Shown here: positions 57,483 through 64,000 of the stretch, one piece after another
Numbering within the stretch: the stretch's first letter is position 1
How the letters are laid out: every line of letters begins with the position of its first letter
DNA from: Anthoceros angustus
Lineage: Eukaryota; Plantae; Anthocerotophyta
Length of the DNA: 64,000 nt
Reading direction: 5' to 3'
Assembly: GCA_010909165.1 (NCBI GenBank)
Contig: MU008155.1
Location: forward strand, 1,550,001 to 1,614,000
The notes under the pieces: generated by a model
What the model was told of the DNA's origin: nothing
What the model saw: only the letters and a program-made list of their open reading frames with translations
The model's database searches: none
Translations under genes and position numbers: made by a program

Positions 57483-60004
57483 ATGGGAGGCTGCCTTTCC
57501 AAGCCGAGGGAACATGTACGGTGGAAGGGAAGGAAGCGTAACACAACTTCCGCTAGGGGAGTCCTTCCTCTGTCTCGATCGCCGCCGAAGAACAGATCCG
57601 GCTTATCGAAAGAGCAGGAATGGGACGTACGGGGTATGTTCCCTTCATCGAGAAGCTCGCATATGTTAGAATTTGGCTCCTTGGTAGTGAATGAGAACAG
57701 TGGTGTTCAGGTGTTCGCCTGCTATCGACCAGCCTGGTAAGGTTTACTGACGCATTGTTGCTTCCCAGATGAAATTTGGTTTGACGCTCAGACTTGGTTT
57801 GAGAAGGAGAACTCCGATGACGAGTACCAGAGTGTGGACGAAGGTAATATACCTCTGCTCAATTTCGAGCCCTGTACGTAACAGTGTTCAAGTGTAACCT
57901 CATTAACACCCACTTGTTGCATCTGCAGATTTCCAACCTCCGCTTAGGAAAGCTTCGTATGCCTTCCTCAAGAAGAGAATGTCAAGGGTTGCAGCGTGGA
58001 TAGCACTGCCTCCATATCGTGATCGGAGTCATCGTTCTCAGTGTGGTTCTGGAGACGTTGTAGAAACCTCTCTACAGACAATTAGGTCCAATGTGGAGGC
58101 GCCAAGTATCTCTGCTAGCATTGCATCCGATGATTTGGACCTCCCTCCCCGCTCAAGGGCTCTGGAAAGTTCACTGGAGCAACACTTGCCAGACAGCCCT
58201 TCAAGCCTAGGACTAGAAAGAACAAGCCTCAGTCGTGTTAGGAAGTGGGACAAGGTTCTGTCCATAGATATACCATGTAGGAAGGCAAGCACATCTGAGA
58301 CTTCTCCTGCTTGTAGCTCTGGTCGTAGCAATACCCCGGACGGGCAATCAGGAAGCAAGTCAGGAAAAGCTGGAGAGGATGCTGCTAAATCAGTTTTTGA
58401 CAGCTCCTGCATCCCCCGGTTGCTCAATTCCGTCGCCTTTCGAATCTCTTTCAAAAGGCGCTCAGGGGGGGAGCCACATTGTAAGTTCCTTTCCATCAGG
58501 TCCCTTCAGCTTGTTTCAGTGAACATGCTTTTCCAGAGCTGTTTACCAGTTTGTAGCATGTGGCAGCAATGCAAATGGTGGAGAGACCAGTGGCTGGTAC
58601 CCAGGTGCCCAAGTGTGCATCAAATAAGAAGGATGATGGGTGCTGGTCAAAAGTCAATCCAGCCACATTCAAGCTACGGAGCATAAGTTACTTCAAGTAT
58701 GGCTGTTTCCTTCTTTATTGCGTTTCATTTTTACTGAAAACAATATGCATGTAGATTATACTTCTCCATAATGACTACTCGATGCAGAGACAAGAAGAAG
58801 TCATGTGCACCAGATTACGCAATTTTTGAACCACTTGGAGTCGATGTTTTTCTTACATCACACAAAGTTGATCACATTGCCCAGTTTGTTGAGCTACCCT
58901 GGCAGAACTTGGAGGGTGCACCAGATAATCTGCCTCACATCCTGATTGTGAACGCTCAGGTAGTTCTCTAAGAGGATTGACAAATTTGAGAAGTATCCCT
59001 AGTCATTTGATTAGTGTGCTATTAGTATTACTTGGGGTGAAGGGTATGCGTAGTCAAAGCAATGCTTACTGATTGCCTCAGCTGACACACAACATGGTTC
59101 TAACAGGTGCCATCTTACCCTCCAGCTGTTTTTTTGGGAGACACCGATGGTGAAGGATACAGCATCTGCATGTACTTCAAGCTTTCAGATGCGTTCAAGA
59201 AGAGAACACCATTGCATTTGAAAGAGATGCTACAGGTCGCTGATCCCGGCTTTCTCATCTTCCTGCACTATATTGACTTATCAATTCTTCACTACGATTA
59301 GGTCATGGTTTTCTTACCTAGATCTCCTCAATGTCTGCCTCACGCTGATGTTTGTGCAACAGAAGTTTGTTAACGATGACACGGAGAAGGTCAGAGGGCT
59401 TGTTGGGGAAACCACCCTGTCCTTTAGAGAAAGGTTGAAACTGGTAGCTCGCCTTCAAAACTTGGAGGATTTGCAAGCCAGTGCAACAGAGAAAAAGCTC
59501 TTACTTTCCTACAATGAGAAGCCTATTCTATCACGGCCACAGCATGTCTTCTACAAGGTATGCCTTCGAACTGTTCGAATTTACAGGTTTGTGAGCTACA
59601 GAGACCTTCACTCAAACTTACGGTGTGATTTCATTTTCACGAATATCAGGGCCCTAATTACCTAGAAATAGACCTGGACGTGCACCGCTTCAGTTACATT
59701 GCCCGTAAAGGTCTGGATACTATTCGAGAGCGACTGAAGCTGTCTGTTCTGGATATTGGACTCACAATTCAGGTATCTAGACCCTTGGGACAAATCTAAT
59801 TGTTTAGCACAAAAGGTGACGATAGGTTTCAGACTTTATCATGCTTATCACACTGGTGCTTTGTAGGCACAGAAACCAGAAGAGCTCCCGGAGCAATTGC
59901 TCTGCTGCGTAAGACTGAACAAGTTAGACTTTGGAAACTTCAAATACTTGACCACTCCCGAATCGCTCTCCTTGGCAGCGGAGGGAGGCTGTTATCTCAA
60001 CTGA
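57483..60004 (+). CDS. EDR2-like C-terminal (DUF1336) domain protein, multi-exon, putative N-myristoylated
   Basis: MGGCLSKP start, EIWFDA...DDEYQSV, FKLRS.SYFK|DKKK..AP, GVDVF, ILIVNAQ|VPSYP, FRERLKL, YNEKP.LSRPQH.FYK|[34 protein letters not shown]. Stop at 60002-60004. Confidence 0.92.
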
Positions 60005-60584
60005 GTTTTCTTTTTTGAGTTGTCTAGACACCAACCGACAACGCTAGCTTCTGTTGTGAGAGTTGGAGAGAACCTAAAGGTTGCAAAGGGTAGAACTGAG
60101 TAAAATCACCCATCGTCCAACTTGAAAACTGGAGCTGTCCGACTACATTGAGTCAAGTACAACTACCCAACGGGCCGCCAGCATGGGCCAATTAGTTTGC
60201 TTGTTGAGACAAAAATTCAATTAATCCTCGGCTTGCCGTCACAGTTGGACTTTACAACATACCAAACATCTGGGAAACTCTGAAGGCAAAAATCAGAATA
60301 AATTCATGAACCATGATCCATGGGAGCGGCTCATTTACAACAGCAACGTACGACTACTACCAAAATTGAAGGGCTTCCACATCTCGAACTCAATAGGCCT
60401 AACGATATCCAACTAGGCGGCTGAATTTCACTCAAGTAGAATAGTTGGCATACACAGGCCAGCCAAACAATCATGAGCTACATGTGGAGCGATTATGCAT
60501 GCCAGATTTCACAGCGGTATCTACTTTCCGGCATTTACTAAGCGGCACCTATATTAGACTTTCAGAGGTGATGTCTAAACATCA

Positions 60585-63500
60585 TTATCTGAAGGTCTGG
60601 CGTGTTTTTATCATCCGCTTTAGAGCAGTTAGCCAAAAGCCACACTCATCCCAGTCACTAGTTGTCAGTTGCACCTGCAACCCACACACCATCGGATTAG
60701 AGCTGAATCAGGAGCTGCCTCCCTTTCTTCCCCTCAGCTAAGTAAGGACCTGTGGCATGATGCACAGTTTTACCTGGATCTGTGAAGCGGTGGCATAGTC
60801 TCCAGCATGCAGACACTGACAAAGCTGTATTAGCTTCGCTGAGGCATTAGGCGAGATATCTCCCACATTCAACTTCAAGAACAGTGCACCCAGCTTCTTT
60901 GAGTTGTCTTCTATTTCTCGCTTGGACTTTGGATTTGCTCTGCTGCCGCCGATGGCTTCTGATGTTTCGTTGAAGAGCTTGGTCAAAGTCGCCACTACAG
61001 GCTTCAGCTCAACTGCAGAGATAAATACAGAAAAACCGGCAACCATCATAATGAAAAGTTAAGTCAACGTGCCGAAAACATCAGTGACAACTAGACAATC
61101 TATGAAAACATACCAGCTACATTTGAGGTGTCGACACTCTGAACAGTTGGTGGTGGTGCAGGGGGTGCAGTGACGGCCGGTGGACTTTCTGGCTGTATTG
61201 CGTGGATTTGCTGAATTTGCGGACTTGGTTGGGATGTTGTTGGGTAAAGCACAGCTGATGGCTTAGAAGCAGAGGAATGTAAAAGAGGAGATGTGGTCGG
61301 GGGACCATGGGCTACTGGGTTTTCCCAACCCATGGTGCTGGATGGGCTTGGCACATTTCGAACAACGGGACCTTGTTTTGGCTCAAAACCTCGAACTTGG
61401 GCACCAGGTTTCAGAATGGTAGGCTGTAGTCCTGCTTGATAGGGAATCGGTGCCGGATTATAGGGGATTGGTGCCTGTCGAAATGGTGCCGGTTGAAAGG
61501 GAGTTGGTGAAGGACTCTAAAGCAAGAAAGGCAGTTACGTAAGATGTAAAATAAAAAGGACAAAGACATTGAAAAGCGCTTGCACCAGCAAATCAGAGCG
61601 GCAACAGCTAGCAAGTTAGAACAACATTCAACGACAGCCAATCAGGAGTAAAATCTGAAAAGTAAAGACATACAGTGTAGGACGGCCCAGGAATAGCTTT
61701 TGCTTGATCCGGAATGAGAAAGCTTGTCGGCTGGATGTTCCAAACAGGCACACAGAGTTTAAGTGCAGGCTACAAAGCACAACAAAATCCAATTGCAGCC
61801 GCAGTGTTCAAAGCTTACTTGAACAGCTTGTCTGCCAGGTTCATTATAATTTGGTAGACCAGGGACAGTTGAATACATATTCTGAGGGACAAGTGGTTGA
61901 GGTTGTGAACGAGGCTGATAAGATGGCTTCGCATAGCTCTGCACAGAAGGTTGTCCATATTGATGTCCATATCCATACGCAGTTGCAGGTGCAGCGGCTG
62001 CCTGATAAGTCTCCTGAGAAACGTACGTTGGGCATCCACACCCATCAGACCCAGACAACTAGCCACACAACTGTGAAGCTCAATCTCAAGATCATTACCT
62101 CGCTGGCTGGGCTTGGAACATGTTGGGTTACCTCCACAGGTTCAGGTTGAAAACCTCCTTCGACAGGGACAGCTGGATGAGTAGCACCTGCCCCAAACAG
62201 TGGGGTGGATAAGAGACAACTTAAGAGACTATACTCGGGAATACCTCCAACAGGTTCACACTGACCAGAAAGTACCTTGTCCACAAGAAGATAACCTATC
62301 TCGCAGGATTGCTAGGTCATGCACTGAATGCTCGTCAGATACAAATGACAGATACTTCAATGCTGTGTCGACTAGCCCCTGACTTGCTAGAAGCTCTGCA
62401 TAAGTACCAAACAGCCTGGCCAATGCTGCACTGACCATTGACTGCCCCGTCGCTAGAAAGAGAACCACCGTCTTCTCCATCAGGTCCTGCACACTAAGAA
62501 GTCTTAGGTGCCCATCCGAATCTCATGCATGCAGATACAAACAAAAGAGCAAATCGCAAAACGTGATGGGGATAACCTGCAGCCTGTCCACAAAGTTCTT
62601 GCCTACACTGCTGACTTCAAGGTCGCGTGACCAGATTTCAACAGCCCTCTCAATGTTCCCAGCACAAATGTAGCAGAGAGTAGCAGCTTGAGTCTCATGG
62701 GCGCCATCCAGCTTTCCAGCCAGCAGATCAGCCAGTTCTGTCCACTCGTCACTACGGGCATACTGCAAAAGCGCAGGAGTTTCGTGTAAGGGGAAATCAG
62801 TACCTAGAATGTCAAATCCAGGCTACGCTTGTGAACACCTACAGGAACATTGCGACAGATGCATACCGTGCAGAGCAAAGCAAGTGTCTCCCTCCATGCC
62901 TTTAAGGGTCTGCTTTCAACCAGCCCTTTCAGGTCGTTGTTAATTACTCCAGAAACAATCTACAATGAGCATAATTTGTCCCACCAGTTACCAATCCACC
63001 ACAGACTGTTCAAAAAGACATTATGACAGTCCACATACCTTCAGGTAGGGTCGGTGACTTTGTTTCACGTAATCATTTCGAGTTTTGTCCCACAGATCTC
63101 CACCTTTTACAAAAGCAAGAATAAGGGCATCTGCCATTTTGTTGGCTTTAAGGCAATGGTCCACAGCTTTTGGAAAATCGCCAACAACCAATGCCTTTTG
63201 GATAGCAGCTTCAAGCTCAGCATCGACTGCATCTCGTTCCTCTTCAGCTTCAGTGTGCTCCTCACCAGTGTGCTCAGAGACACTATCAAGGGACTCAACT
63301 CTGCTTGCATTCTCAGATAGAGTTCCCCTAGGAGTTTGAATGTTGTTAAAAAAGTCATCTGCGTCATCTAGTTGTGAACCTCCATTCAGACCAAGAGGCT
63401 GACCGGATGAAGCAGTTGGCAGTGTCTCCACCCTGTTCTCAGTAAACCCGTCATGAACATTCAAGTTCAAGTTCTGTGCAAACTCTTCACTGACCACATC

Positions 63501-64000
63501 TTCTGCGGCTCTTGAAGACTCTGTATTGTCACCATTTTCCTTCACTTCAAAATCAAGGTGAGACAGGAGCCTCTGCCTGGCATCCTCATCGAACATCACC
63601 TTCAGGAAGCTCCAAGTCTCCTTTTCCTCCTCAGACCTGAAGACTAGTGTAAAAAAAACATGAACCTTGCAGTACATAACTAGTCAGGCACAAGTGGTCA
63701 GGCACCTTACCCTGATGAGAGAGACTTGCTTTCACAAAAAGTGAACAGCGCTGACTTTTCTTTCAATGTAATTGCTGCTTCAAACTCAGTTGACCGTTTG
63801 ACAAGCCCTTCCTCGGTTATAACACTATGCAGACGAATCTGCACGACAAAGCAAATCATAATTTGAAGTTACACTGTTCATAAAACAGAGCAAATCCGGA
63901 AATGCCTCATACCTCATTGCTTTTTGCCATACCTCAGTGGTAGGGGGGGTCCCTTGTGGTACTTTCTTTGGCACAAAAGATACAAGCTTTCCACCAAAGC
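60585..64000 (-). CDS. SEC31: COPII coat protein SEC31, 3' portion (5' end beyond the window)
   Basis: [21 protein letters not shown]...MADAL, QYAR..EW..L...[20 protein letters not shown], a Pro/Gln-rich region, [22 protein letters not shown], and last exon [25 protein letters not shown]. Confidence 0.95.

Overview
Eukaryotic nuclear DNA from a compact land-plant genome. Most introns are about 80-120 bp GT-AG, and GC-rich exons alternate with AT-rich transposon graveyards. A non-seed plant such as a hornwort or other bryophyte is my inference only. In order, the window holds: a CYP72-clan cytochrome P450 array (one intact gene, one frameshifted near-full gene, two relics); a legumin-like bicupin pseudogene and a possible second cupin relic; tRNA-Asp(GUC); a GFA/CENP-V gene; a 21-bp minisatellite; PP2A methylesterase PME-1; chlorophyllide a oxygenase (CAO); a MIR529 hairpin; a structurally complete but degenerate Ty1/Copia element (205-bp LTRs with TA...TA ends, GGCAT TSD, extra leader ORFs); RAF1; a plant tweety-like membrane protein; an apparently intron-free prokaryote-type HhH-GPD (endonuclease III-related) gene; RLE-LINE and PPR relics; an EDR2-like DUF1336 gene; and the 3' part of SEC31. 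The strongest novelty candidate is the prokaryote-like HhH gene (46.9-48.3 kb) sitting among ordinary plant genes, a possible horizontal transfer. All family assignments are from motif recognition by eye; no searches were run.
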